A stretch of 64,000 nucleotides of DNA. Source: Malacoraja senta (Eukaryota). Below the pieces are notes generated by a model. That model was not told the origin of the DNA, searched no databases, and saw only the letters and a program-made list of their open reading frames with translations. The DNA is taken from positions 172,856,001 through 172,920,000 of the forward strand of contig CM075977.1 of the NCBI GenBank assembly GCA_038087875.1. Reading direction: 5' to 3'. The position numbers and the translations under genes are program-made. Shown here one piece after another: positions 12,135 through 25,329 of this stretch. Position 1 is the first letter of the stretch. Every line of letters starts with the position of its first letter.

Positions 12135-13480
12135 CAACTGGATGACTGGAGGATGGCAAATGTTATGCCACTATTTAAGGTGAGTTGTGAGAAAAAGCCT
12201 GGAAACTATAGACCAGCGAGTCAAACATCTGTAGTATATAAGTTACTGGAGATGATTCTTAGGGGTATGATGTAGACAGGGGCTAATTAGAGGTAGTCAG
12301 CATTGTTTTGTATCGATAAACAACCTAAAAGGTTGACGAGGGCAAGGCCATAGACATTGTCTATATAGACTTCAACAATGCCTCATGATAGATTGCTCTG
12401 GAAGGTTAAATCGCATGGGATCCAGGGAGAGCTAGTTGACTGGAAACAGAATTAGCATTATGGAAACAAGCAGAGTGTGGTAGTGGATGGGTATTTTTTC
12501 TGACTGGAGGCCTGTGACTAGTGGTCTACCTCAGAGATCAGTGCTGGGCCCATTGCTGTTTGTGGTTTATATCCATGATATGAATGAGCATGTACATGGC
12601 ATGATTAGTAAGTTTGCAGACAAAACTAAGGTTGGTGATATCATGGAAGTGAAGATGGTTATCAAAAATTACAGCAAGTTCTTGATCAGCTGGGCAAGTG
12701 AGCTGAGGAATGGTTCATGGAGTTTAATGCAAATAAGTGTGAGGTATTTCATTTTGTAAAGTCAAACCAGGGCAGGAACTTCACAGTGAATGGTTGGGCC
12801 CTGGGGGGTGCTGCAGAGCAGAGGGATTGGGGAGTACAGGTTCATTGTTCCCTGGAAGTGGCTTTACAGGTAGGTAGAGCAGCAAAGAAGCTTTTGGTAC
12901 ATTGAACTTCATCAATCAGCGTATTGAGTATAGAATTCGGGAATTTTCATTACAGTTGTACAAGACATGGGTGAGGCCACATTCGGAATACTATGTTCAG
13001 TTTTGGTCACTTTGCTATCGGAAGGATGTCATTAAGCCACTAAGTGTGCAGAGAAGATTCATGAGGATGATGCCAGACCTCCAGGCCATGAGCTGTGGGG
13101 AGGGCTTGGCAGGCTATGATTTTATTCCTTGCAGCGTGACTGAAGGGTGATCTTATCGAGATGTATAAAATTATAAGGGGAATAGATAGGGTACCCTATT
13201 TCCCCCAGAGTAGGGGAATCACAAGCCAGGAAAGATAGGTTTAAGGTGAGAAAGAAAATATTTAATGGGATCTTGTGGGACAACTTTTCCACAAAGAGGG
13301 TGGAGGGTATATGAACAACATTTGAGGTACGATAACAACATTTAAAAGACATATGGACAGATTCATGGATAGAAAATGTTCAGACGGATAGGGGACAAAT
13401 GTGGGCTGACTTAGATAGGGCATTTTAGTCAGCATGGACAAGTTGGACAGAAGGACCTGTTTCCATGCTGTATGATTCCT
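12135..13480 (+). mobile_element. Old CR1 LINE fragment
   Basis: Frameshifted RT motifs DWRMANVMPLFK, GNYRP, VTSGLPQRSVLGPLLF, ISKFAD, VRPHSEYYVQFWS; 3' end GGACCTGTTTCCATGCTGTATGA. Confidence 0.88.
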
Positions 13481-14599
13481 CAACTCTATCCACCATAGCA
13501 CTACCATTGCTGGTCTGCTCGTCAACATTTGCCTCCACCTTGAACAAATTAGTCTCCAATAAAACTACTATTGTTTCTCACTCTGGAATATGCCCCTCTT
13601 TTAGTCCTCTTCTTAACTCAGGTCCAAGGTACACAGACTTTATGCCATACACATAGAGCTATACAATACAGTCCATGCTGCCCTTTATACCCATTACCCA
13701 TTTCCAGTAATCTCATTTATTTGCATTGAGTCTGTATAGCCTTTTCTGTGTTGGTGATTCATGTACGTGTCAAAATGCTTCTTTAAAGTTGCAAGAGTCT
13801 CCACCTCTACTACCTCCTCAACCAGTATATTCCAGACTTCAACCACTATGTGTGAATAAACAAATCCTCCTCACATCTTCTTTAAACTTCTTATTTCTCA
13901 TCTTAAACAATGCCCCTTTCTCTTAAACACACACGCCATGAAAAAAATCTACCCTCTCGATCCCTCTCATAATTTAATATACACACACTCCTCTGCTGTT
14001 GGGAAAGAGAACATTCTCCCCGAACAGGTCAATGTGTAATCGGTGGGCTGAAGGGCCTGTTTCCATGTTGCATCACTGCTTTAATCTATGTGAAATTATT
14101 CAAAGACAAAGGTTAGATTGCAACTAAGCATAAAGTTCTTAACTTTCAACAATGTTAATTTTTCATTTAAACTGGATAAAGTGACTCACAAAGATGTGCC
14201 ACTATAGGATTCAATTTCTTGAATAGATCACTTAACATTTCTTCTCACTCTGCAGCCTATCATACTAAATATTGCCCATTCTCTTTTCTTAACATCAATA
14301 GCTATAGCATCCACAGTTTTTGAAAAGATATTTGAGAAGTATTCATTTAAACAATATCAATGTTTTCCTCCTCTATTCCTAGATTTGTTTTCTTTTTAAA
14401 GCTGATAGGACTTACTCTTTTCTGGGAGGCAGTGATTTATGAAGTGCACTTGGGATGGGAGCGCTTGTGTTGGTGTTTATTTTTATATTAAAGCTGCTTG
14501 GTCAGCCACAGAGGAAATGCAACATATGAAGGAACTGGGATTGCATTTTAAACACCAAAGAAGTAGATGGAGATGCTTTGAATATCTCCAGGCTAGATA

Positions 14600-15700
14600 C
14601 TTTCATGTTAGGAACATCAAAGCCATCCAATGCTTTGTGCTTGCTCTATCATTCAATATAATCATGCTGAACCTTTCTCTTAGTTCCATATTCTCGTTCT
14701 CCCACAATCCTCTTGAATGCACTTTATGTCTATCAGTGTATCTCCATCTTAAATACATACAGGGAGTGACCTCCACAGCAGCCCTCTGCGGTTGTGAATT
14801 CCACAGGCTCATCATGTTCTGAGTAATGACATTTCACATCTCAGGTCCCAAATGCTTATTTCCTGAGACAGCGACAACTCATTCTAGAAACAGCAGCCAC
14901 AAGACATAACTTCCTTGCATCCAGCCTGTTGAGCCCTGTCAGCATTTTGTACATTTTTCTGAACTCTTCTGAATGCAGGTCAAATCAATTAATCTCTCTT
15001 CATATGACAGTTCCACTATCCCTGGAAACAGTCTAAAGATTGATTATTGGACTCCCTTTGTCATAAGTACATATCTTTTTTTATGTGGAGAGACCAAAAA
15101 TACACTAAATACTCAGGTGAGGACCACATAGGCCCTAGAAATGTATTGATTCATCCTTGTTACTTTACTCATGCAATGGAAGTCATTTGACTTCTTAACT
15201 ACTTGCTGCATCCAGCCCGTTTGATTTCAATGGCTGGTGTACAAGGACATCCGAGTCTCTTTGTTCATCAATGCTTCCCAATTCAGCATTATTTAAATAA
15301 TACAATGGTCTTCTTTATCCCCCCTAACTAAAGTTGATTACTTGACTGGGAGAGTCTAGAACTAGAGGGCATAGGCTTAGAATAAAAGAGCATACCTTTA
15401 GAATGGAGATGAGGAGGGATTTCTTTAGCGGGTGAAACTATGGAAATCATTGCCACAGACAATTGTGGAGGCCAAGTCATTGGGTATTTTTAAAGTGGGT
15501 ATTTTAAAATAATTTGGGGGTATTTTAAAAGTATTTTTAAAGCTTGATGGGCTCTTGATTAGTAAGGGAGTGAAAGGTTACGGGGAGAAGACAGGAGAAT
15601 GGAGTTGAGAGGGAAAAATAGTTCAGGCATGACCGAATGGCGGACCAGACAATGGCTTAATTATTCTCCTATGTCTTATGTTCCAATGATCTTATGATTA
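14600..15700. mobile_element. Old CR1 fragment (minus, 14600-15340) followed by a CR1 3' fragment (plus, 15345-15700)
   Basis: SLWNSQPQRAAVE on minus; GGGAGAGTCTAGAACTAGAGGGCA..GAATGGCGGA on plus. Confidence 0.7.
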
Positions 15701-15709
15701 TATGCATCA

Positions 15710-16972
15710 ATAGACAATAGACAATAGGTGCAGGAGGTAGGCCATTCGGCCCTTCGAGCCAGCACCACCATTCGATCATGGCTCATCATCCCCAATCAGT
15801 ACCCCGTTCCTGCCTTCTCTCCATATCCCCTGACTCCACTATCTTTAAGAGCCCTATCTAGCTCTCTCTTGAACGTGTTAATTCTGGCCAAATTGGAGAG
15901 GCCAGGGCACTAAAATTGAGTAAAGGCTTCTGGGCTGCTAGGCCATTTAGTCAGTTTAAATGTGCCTTCTGCAGAAATAGGACCAGCTGCAGAATGGTGC
16001 CAGTTTGTCTAGAGCCTAGATAAGAGCTGCAGGAAGAGAATGAAAACATCTGCAGACCCTGACAATTAGGTGCAAATTGCATGGAATGGATGGGATGAAT
16101 GCAAACCAGACATACACATTGTATATAATGTTGCAAAGCTTTACTTTGCTAGATGTTGATTGGATTAAGTATTGAGCCTTGTCTGGGTTTCTTGAATATC
16201 TGGGTAAATGTTGCTATGTTTGCTTCCTCTCAGAAGCACCGTTTGAATACATTGTATTAGTCACTGTATTATTGGATTAGGGAAATGTCTATCATATACT
16301 GTGTTAATCAATATCTGTTATTGGACTGTAAAGAGACCACCCCTCTGTGGTTCGGCCCCTCAAGGTTCGGGGACCTATAAAAGACCGCTCCCACGAAGTC
16401 CTGTGTCGATCTTCTGGGAGAACGCTTAGGACTGTGTGACCTTCTGGATTGTCTCTGCTCCAGCGAGGCTAAGAGGGCTTGATCAGGCAGATACGAGGAT
16501 CAAACCCGCGGTGGTTAGGTATAGTAGTGGAACTGTAATTGTGTTTTGTCAAAATAAAGTTTAGATGCGCAAGTGCTTGACTCAGTGATTTTTGACTGAA
16601 ACTAGACTGGGGAAAGCTTAGAACGAGCTATTTACAAAAGTATCCAGAGAACCGGCCTCCACCGCCCTCTGAGGCAGAGAATTCCACAGACTCACAACTC
16701 TCTGTGTGAAAAAATGTTTCCTCATCTCCGTTGTAAATGGCTTACCGCTTATTCTTAAACTGTGGCCCATGGTACTGGACACCCAACATCGTGAACATGT
16801 TTCCTGCCTCTAGCATGTCCAAACCCGTAATAATCTTATATGTTTCAATAAGATCTCCTCTCATCCTTCTAAACTCCAGAGTATACAAGCCCAGCCGCTC
16901 CATTCTCTCAGCATATGACAGTCCCGCCATCCCGGGAATTAACCTTGTAAACCTATGCTGCACTCCCTCAAT
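15710..16972 (-). mobile_element. CR1 LINE 3' part (host of LTR copy 2)
   Basis: (CTATTGT)n tail at 15710-15726; ORF2 C-terminus IEGVQHRFTRLIPGMAGLSY in ORF 16742-17068. Confidence 0.92.
15876..16636 (+). mobile_element. Solo LTR (copy 2, 761 bp) inserted in a CR1 3' end
   Basis: TGTTAA...TTTACA termini; 4-bp TSD AACG/AAAG; TATAAAA at 16376-16382 and AATAAA at 16553-16558. The flanks rejoin to CR1 CTCTCTTGAAAGTATCC. Confidence 0.9.
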
Positions 16973-17609
16973 CAGCCACAAGTTTTCCCAACTTGCCTCA
17001 ATGCATTTACCCGTTTTGTACCCATCAAATATATTTAGTTTGCCTCCTCCTTCCTTTAAGATCTCCACCTCCTTGGCTTTCTGCTCCTAAGCTGGTGGTG
17101 AAAACACATGACTGTGAGGTTGTATAACATGTAGCAGACCACCACAAATGTAGACAGCTTCATTGTCAAACACAGGAAAGATCATCTGGTTGAGAACCAG
17201 CCTGAAGAACCATTGATTTACCACACATGGTCTGCTCTATCCCACTTTCTGCTGTAACATCCTTTCACAAGTCCATGCTGCTCACGTGATTTTATTACAC
17301 ACCATAATCATGAACCATGGCATTAAAGGATATCGTTTGGCCTGGCAACTCCTGTAATCATTTTGTTTATCATGGTGGCTTAAATCCAGTTGCCATTTGG
17401 ACTGCTAGAATGTGTGAGAACTATCATTCCTGCCACTGTGTAGTGCTCAACGCTCACTGTAATATCTCAGGAAGAGTAGGTCACAGAATCAATATTAATG
17501 GGCAAGATTGTTGTTTAAAAAATGTGATTTACAGTCCACATAACTAGAAATCATTAAAATTTGAGTGTATGTGAGGGAAGGAAGGACTCCAAATGCATAA
17601 TCTGTGAGA

Positions 17610-18335
17610 GAAGAGTCAAGAGTGTTTTATTGTCATATGTCCCAAAACAGAATAATGAAATTGTTGCAGGCAACAGCGTAACAGATATGTAAACATAGTA
17701 CTATGTAAACACCCTAATAACAATAAATAAGTTCAGTATATTCATATATTTTTTTTAAAAACCTGATAATAGTGCAAAGACAAAATGAATGCCCCCAGGT
17801 CTATGTAGTTTGGAGCTTATTTAGAGATTGTAATGTTTAATAGTCTGATGGTTCTAGGGAAGAAGTGTCCTGAATCTGTACGTTACAGTTTTCAGGCTCC
17901 CATACATTTCTCATGATGGCAGGAGTGAAATAAGAGTTGGTCAGGGTGGTGTGTGTCTCTGAGGATGCTGGCTGCATTTTGAGGCAATGACTCATAGATC
18001 CCTTTGATGGTGGGGAGGTCAGCACCATTTTCGAGTCTTGAACATCGCCCAGTCCACTAACTCCAAGCAGTCCTCGGGTCATTCCTCTACCTCCCCTGAC
18101 CAGCTTTGTGCAGTCCTCACCACTGAGGATGCGCTCTCCAGTCACGGCCTATATGCAGGAAGAAGGAGCGCAGCTGAGTGGATTGATTTCCCAAAGTGAG
18201 GGCAAGGCATCCTTGATGGTGGTATAGCAGTGGTTGTGGGTGTTTGATTCTCTGGTGCTGCAGCACATGTGCTGGGAGTGATTTCTTCAGGCTGGCTTTG
18301 TTGAAATCCCTGGTTATGATAGGAAAGGCATCGGG
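17610..18335 (-). mobile_element. Rex1/Babar-type LINE remnant
   Basis: (TCTTGAC)n tail with GACAATAAAAC; NSYFTP; EN remnant RDFNKASLKKSLP. Confidence 0.75.
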
Positions 18336-18811
18336 GATGCCAACTGGTATTAGGGAGATATGCATTTGTTAAGGATTCAACATGCCATTTCTTCCGGACC
18401 TTGTGGTTTTTGCCAATCCACAAATTTCATAATATTTCATTAGATAGTCTTAAATAAATGCTCCATATGTCTGGCGTTATATTCAAAACCCTTGAAAGTC
18501 CTAACAGTCAAAATCCATCATGTGTAAACACATTGAAAGAGTAATTTAGACAATCTAACAGGGAGACTGGAACTAGTAGTCCTGTTGTCTATTTGAAGGG
18601 CCCACTTGCTTCCATATGGCATTCCATGTCAATATGCACTGTTCATTGCAAAAAATGGAGACATTTGGAAATTTCAGTTTGTATTTTCCCACTAATTATG
18701 TAACCTGATTATGAATGCAATTTTATTGAAACTGAAATCCCAGTATAAATCCAGTTACTTTTGAAATTATCTCCTTCCACCTGTATTCCTCCCTTTGACT
18801 TTACATTTTCA

Positions 18812-19130
18812 GTCATAAAGAATAGGAGTTGAATTAGGCCATTTAGCCCATCAATTCAAACATGACTAATCTATCTCTCCCTCCTAACCCCATTCTCCTG
18901 CCATCTCCCCATAACCTCTGACACCTGTACTAATCAAGAATCTATCTATCTCTGCCTTAAAAATATCCAGTGACTTGGCCTCCACAGCCTTTATGGCAAA
19001 GAATGCCACAGATTCACAACCATCTGACTAAATAAATTTCTCCTCGTTTCCTTCCTAAAAGAACGGCCTTAAATTCTGAGGCTATGATCTCTAGTCCTAG
19101 ACTCTCCCACTGGTGGAAACATCCTCTCCA
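18812..19130 (-). mobile_element. CR1 LINE 3' fragment
   Basis: CCCCATTCTCCTGCC..GGCCTCCACAGCC..CACAGATTCAC..CCTAGACTCTCCCAC. Confidence 0.85.
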
Positions 19131-19522
19131 CCTGGTCCATTGCCAAACATTGTGCTTCATTCCATCAACAGATTAACCATTGACATAGTAGTGAGTACAG
19201 CTTGGAGCATCAAGGGGGAAGAGGAAGGGGAGGCTACCATATTGTCAGCTGTTGTATTAAGATTACCCCAACCTCCCAGTCTCTAATCATTTCAACATAG
19301 AATATGGAATTCTGGTCTTTTGTTATTTATTAAATCCTTTGTCAGGACTTCTGCACTGCCAGTGATTATTCAGTCGCCAGTCCCTTATATACCAAGATAG
19401 CCAGAAGGTGTCACCAGTTCTTCACTCTGTCCATGAGAATACCAAATGGATGTTTACAGAGTGAAGTCGTACCAGCTGTGATAAATCTCAGAATTGGCAT
19501 TCAGTCCCTGCATAGTACCTAC

Positions 19523-19544
19523 CATGTGCACAGTCTACTGAACT
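19523..19544 (-). other. Candidate 22-nt micro-exon (SSVDCAH)
   Basis: Acceptor CTTTCTCATCTTGCAG, donor ATG|GTAGGT; phase-compatible with 23283-23329. Confidence 0.2.
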
Positions 19545-20600
19545 CTGCAAGATGAGAAAGTCTGTAATCCCCACAAAGCTGCAGGTTCTGTCAAAGTGGT
19601 GAATGTGGACATCTCTCTGATTGGATAAGTCAGCAACTCATGAAAAAATTATAACAAATTGCAAAGTATTTCACATTTTTCCTGAGCTGTCTTGCAAGAG
19701 CATTCACAACCATTGCCTCCTTGGTTCACATTTCATTGAGATGATCCAAACATTGTGTTGAATTGGAAAAGAAACATCATCTTGCGCACGCCATGTGATG
19801 CCAAGCTCATGGTGGAGTTGAAGGGTAACTTAAGTCATAAGACACCCCATCAATTTTTTCTGCTCATTGAACAAACTTGAAAAGATTACATAGTGGCAGA
19901 AAAATGTAAAGGTCCACATTGGACCACACACCAATTGTCTTGCAATGGGTACAGGCTTACTGGATCTTGAGGGTTGGACTTAATTATTATCCAATCCTTC
20001 ACCAATTATAAAAAAGCTTTGCTGAAATAAAGTGTCTTTTACTCAAAAATAAATATTATATTTATCCCTTAATGCAGTACCAAGGGGAAGAGAGTGACTC
20101 TTCAGATTGGGCTTGTGTACGAGCTGATTTCCCAAGTGATGTGTTGGGAGGGACTGCACTGTACTGCAATCAAACTACTATCAAAGTTTAAGTAATGTAC
20201 TTTATTCACCTCACTTTTTCAGTTTAATTCGAGAAACCTTCCCTTTAAAAACAAATGTTTTGCACAAAATCAATGACGGTAGAATACATTTATTGAATCA
20301 GGCCTTCAGTTTTGTGTACACAGCAGTTAAGATCCAGCTCAGAAAAAAAAATCAATTCCCATTCCTGACTTTAAAAGCTGCACATGCAACTGAAGGGCTG
20401 AATTAGAAAATTAACAGCTGGGTAAGTGAAAACAGAGGCTTCAGAACTGTTGTCCTCTCCCCACCACCTTTCATTTTGCCAAATGACAGCTGCACTAGTG
20501 GAAATTTAAGTCAGAAATTGGGTGCAAATTTATTAATTGTAGACCAACTCTTAATTTGTGTAAAGCCAAACTTTTTTTGTTATGTTAACAACTTATCCAC

Positions 20601-21380
20601 CGAGTGGCGCCATCAGTGATTGCAGCCTCGTCAACGGTCTGTCTGTCTTTTCATCTTTTTTGTTATTTTTTAGTGTGTTTTAAAAAGTATGTGTTAATGT
20701 TCTCTGGTTTGTTTTATACATAATAAAAAGGAGGGGACATGGGAAACTTTTATTCAATCTCTTACCTTGCCGGAGATGCGATTGTTTTCCGGATCGTATC
20801 TCCGATCGCTCTGTGGCCCAACATCATGGAACTGTCAGACTTGCTCGAGACTGAATGTGAGCCCCACCATGGGGCCGTGGACTTACCATCGTATGTCCAT
20901 GGCAGGCTCACCAGCCCGCGATCCCTTGCCTGGGATCGACGCTCCAAACACGGCCTGCGGATTTCAACATCGAGGAGCTCGCATTCTCGGGTAGAGACTG
21001 ATGTCGGGAAGCTCCAAAGCCGCAAGAGGTCCGATCACCCGGTGCGGGGAGCTAAGAAGCCCCCTGATGCGGGAGCTTGATCGACCCGACACAGAGGGCT
21101 CGACCGCCGGCTACGGGAGCCAAGATCGTCCTGTCAACAGAAGGCCCGAGGCCCCCGACTGCAAGAGGACAAAGAAGAGAAGAGATTGAACTTTCTTTTC
21201 GCCTTCCATCACAGTGATTAATGTGAAGGAGTCACTGCGGTGGATGTTTATGTTAAAATGTATTTTGTGTGTTCTGTTGCTTTTTATTGGTATGACTGTA
21301 TGGCAAATCAAATTTCTCGTATGTTGCAAAACATACTTGGCTAATAAAGTATGATTATGATTATGATGGTTATGATTATC
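20601..21380 (+). mobile_element. Non-autonomous retroposon with CpG-rich repetitive core and Rex/L2-type (TGATTA)n tail
   Basis: Second copy at 48821-49312 shares AACATCATGGA, GCCTTCCATCACAGTG and CAAATTTCTCGTAT.TTGCAAAACATACTTG.CTAATAAA(TGATTA)n; no coding motif. Confidence 0.8.
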
Positions 21381-22139
21381 ATTCTCCCTATTATACTTGA
21401 AAAACAAAATGCAACTTCAGATTCTTCATCAGAAATGCGAAAAAAAGAAGAAATGTCCATTGATGAAGATTCTTGGATAGGAAATGTTAATCTGTTTCCC
21501 TTTCCACAGATGCTTCCTGGCCTGCTGTCTGCTTCCAGCATTTTCTCTGTCATGCTTTACTCTTTCTATCTTCACATGTCCTGACAAGTGGACCAGGGAA
21601 TTGCAAATGGCATTCAATTCAATTAAGTGGGCGGTGCGGCATTTTGGAAAGTTAACAGAGTGCTGTAGAACAGATGCACCAAGGAGTATAAGTGACATAG
21701 GGCTCTGAAAGTTGCATCACCGGTAGACACAGTAATCTGCAGTGTTCATTATGAAGCTATCTAATTGACATGATTGTAGTGTTACAGAACATAGCAGATG
21801 GCAACCACAGAGTAACGACTGGTCATAACTCCACTAGCATTATGTGGTGGTCACTGCCATGTGAAATGTCAGATGATCCATCAATAAAGGCAGGTGTCTG
21901 CTCCCAGCTCCATATCACCATGTCAGTCTACATATATGGTTGCTACTTAAGAGCACCCACCATGTGGAAAAATCACATAGCTAAATCGGGACTTTCATGC
22001 AACATCTGAAATTATGCTCACTCTACATAGCCACACTGAAAGGTTAATCAGTGCTCCAGCAGTTAGCACTGCTGTCTCACAAGTTGAAGGATCTGGGTTT
22101 TATCTTTATTTCTAGTGATGTCTGGATTGGGTTTCCAAG

Positions 22140-22276
22140 TGTGTAGTAAAGAACTGCAGTTGCTGGTATATACCGAAGATAGAAATAAAGTGCTGGAGTA
22201 ATTCAGCGGGTCAGGCAGCATCTCTGGAGAAAAAGGATGGGTGATGTTTCAGGTCGGGACCCTTCTTCAGACTGTA
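22140..22276 (-). mobile_element. Penelope pLTR fragment with hammerhead-like core
   Basis: Minus strand AGTCTGAAGAAGGGTCCCGACCTGAAACATCACC..GATGCTGCCTGACCCGCTGA; same family as 11725-12051. Confidence 0.75.
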
Positions 22277-23282
22277 AGGGTGTCTATCTAGGGTTTTCAA
22301 GTTCTCTTTATGACACGTGGATTTTGTCTTAGTGTTCCAGTTTGTTGCCACAGCCCAAAGCCCTGTCGATAGGTTGATTAGCAACTACAAATTATCCCTT
22401 TCCATGAGCGAGTGGCAAAAAAAATCAAAGGGGAGTTGATGGGTGTGTGAGAGAGAATAAATTACAATTTTTTAATGAAATAATGAGCAGGGAAAATAGG
22501 ATTAATGGAATCGCACGCTGGACTGAAAGGCTTCCTTCTGTGTTGTTGTAAGATCAGATAATGGCATGCAAGAAAATTGCATTCTTTTAGCACCAACATA
22601 ATTGCACAAGTTCCCATGGGGACAATTTGACGCTATTAGTTCTCACCATCAATATCAAAATTCACACATGAATTTTGCGTGATATCAGTTGGCATCCATG
22701 AGATTTAACTCATACCACTCATGCACATTGAGAATTTAGCAGAAAAGTAAAACAAACACAAACTCTGTTAAAAAACTGTGCAACATACTTGTCTAAATAC
22801 ACCTTTCTGAAAGAAAATCATCAAAAAAGTGGATCTGTCCGACATGTTCTTCCCACAATATACATTTTAGTTGCATATTTGTACGAGCAGTTTAAGAGTA
22901 ATATGGACAAAATGCAGGCAGGTGGGATGAGCATAGAAGGAGCATCTGGGTTGGTATGCACAGGTTGGGCCGAAGGGCCTGCTTCCATGCTGTCTGCCTC
23001 CAAAAGCATGTCTCGTGGAATGTTTTCGGTGTAGTTTAAGTCGGAAACCAAAATGGGAAGACAAAATCTTAAGTGCTATCTTATTCTTGTGTAAATGAGA
23101 CTCACGAGGATCCTTCAATTTTCTGGTTTGCATTCACTGCCCGTGATCTGAACATCAGAGAAGTAACATGTTTTTTTTTCCCCCAAGTTGCCAAGCCTGA
23201 GCTTCATGCAACTTGCTGTGCCCATTCTCCCGTAGCTGTGTGAATGATGATCTCCTCCTGCATTTTACACAGCCCGGCTTAC

Positions 23283-23329
23283 ATCAGCATTGATCACCTC
23301 CTCGGGAACATGAAGGCCATGCAACAAGA
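23283..23329 (-). other. Candidate host-gene coding micro-exon (47 nt; xLLHGLHVPEEVINAD)
   Basis: In non-repetitive sequence; acceptor TTTCTATTTTCAG, donor GAT|GTAAGC; exactly one of three frames open. Protein not recognised. Confidence 0.35.
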
Positions 23330-24654
23330 CTGAAAATAGAAATTGCTCCAAGAGCAAAATCTTGTCTGCAACTTAAGAAATGCTCAAAAAAGTTTACCAA
23401 GAGATTTATGAGATGGGGAAGAGAGGCAAAGAGTTGTAGCCAAAAAAATACAAAGAAAGTGAATGTAGTAAACCTTCATGGAAAGTCACATGCGGGTAGC
23501 AGGGATCTGAAATCTGGTTATGACCTTTTGAATGTAGATCCAAATGGGAGTTCAGGGTGTTCAACGGAAGTAATTAATGCAGCATCATTTTAAATGGGTG
23601 GTTGATGATCAGTATAGACTTGGTTGGCTGAAGGGCCTACCTCTGGCTCGATGACTACAAATTGTATTACGATTTGCACGAGCACAGTGTTCTTTGCAAG
23701 TTGCTCTATTTTCATTTGCATTCTCCCACTGTTCCAAAAGTTCCACAAAGAACAACCCACACTTGCAAGAGTATGATTTGATGAAAGCAGGTCCCCAAAT
23801 TCTGTGAACAACCATCAGATGGTTGATTTCTGCTCCTCCTGATGAACACTAAGCCTGGCAGGGAATGATAATGTCCTTAAATCTCCTGCTCAAGAACTAA
23901 GGAATTTCTCACTGCATGCATGTCAAGAGAAGTATTATCTTCTTCATTTTCCTCATTATTTATTTATGTATCCATGAAGACTATTAAGTAAGGAAAATCT
24001 GGCATTTTGATGTTGCTTGGTTCCACAGAGCCAGACACAACAAATACAAAGGAATTAAAAGCTAGTGTGCATGAATATAATGCAAGTGAAGTCAAATTTC
24101 AATTCTGTTTTCCAGTATAAAAAAAAGGTTCAATTTCAGTGAATGCACATGACTCAACTTCCTGATACATTGAAGTCAATGTGACAGAATTTTTGAATTG
24201 ATAATGTATCAGAAATATTGCACAGGTAATGCATGTGATGGAGGAAGAATTTCTACTCCAGTTTCCCTAGATGTTTGGTGAAAAAGGCAGTCAGTACATG
24301 GAACATGATAATAAGGCAGTCAAACTCATTCAGCTGTCATCATGCATGATGGATCTGCTCTTCATGAATAAGCACTAACTTTCCATTAGAAACATCTGTC
24401 TGTTTGACAACTAGACATCCACCTTTTTCTATGTATGTACATAATTGAGATGTCATTGCCTGGAAATTGGGTGTTACTCTTTTGGCACACCAACTGTTAC
24501 TGCACCCTCTTAGATCTTGAACAAAAATATGTTGGCACACAAAAATACATTGAAAGCAGCGCACTCTCATCTTGTGGACAAATTGTACACTAAAGCAAAT
24601 GTGTGCAATTCTTATCAGGACTTGCACAATAACTTTTTACTGCTCCATCACTAC

Positions 24655-24972
24655 TTTAGTTTTAGTTTTTCAGAGATACAGCATGGAAAGGCCTTTCAGC
24701 CCAATGAATCCACACTGACCATCGATCACCCGATCATAATCGTTCTATTTTATCCCACTTTCTCATCCACGCATTGTGGGCAATTTGCAGAGGCCAATGA
24801 ACCTACAAACCCACGTGTTTTTTGCATGCAGGAAGAATCCAGAGGACCCGGAGGAACCCATGTAGTCAAAGGGAGAACATGCAAACTCCACATGACAACA
24901 CTCGATGTCAGCATCGAGCCTGGACCTCAAATGATTTGCGGCAGCAGCTCTATGAACAATGCCACTGTGCCA
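24655..24972 (-). mobile_element. HE1-like tRNA-derived SINE
   Basis: (AACTA)n tail, CR1-like 3' end, central ACATGCAAACTCCACA domain, tRNA-like head. Confidence 0.8.
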
Positions 24973-25329
24973 CAATGAGTCAGCTTCTGTCATTCCTGAG
25001 TGGGCTTAAAATACTTTTACTCTTGACAGCCAATTAAGAACAACAAAAAATGTAAGGAAGGTGGAGAAATTACAGAGGATAGGGATGAAAATGAAATCAT
25101 GTGTATTGAAGAACACCCTATGGCAGTCTAGATGAAGGATCTAGACCTGAAATGTTGACTATCCATTTCCCTCCACTCTTGCTGCCTGACCCATTGAGTT
25201 CCTCCAGCAGCTCTCTGGAAGATCTAATATTTTGCCCCGATAATATTTTTGTCTCAATCAACACTCATTGTATAATATCATTCAGTGTCTGACCAGTGAC
25301 TATAATCCCGATAAACTAATGACTGTACA

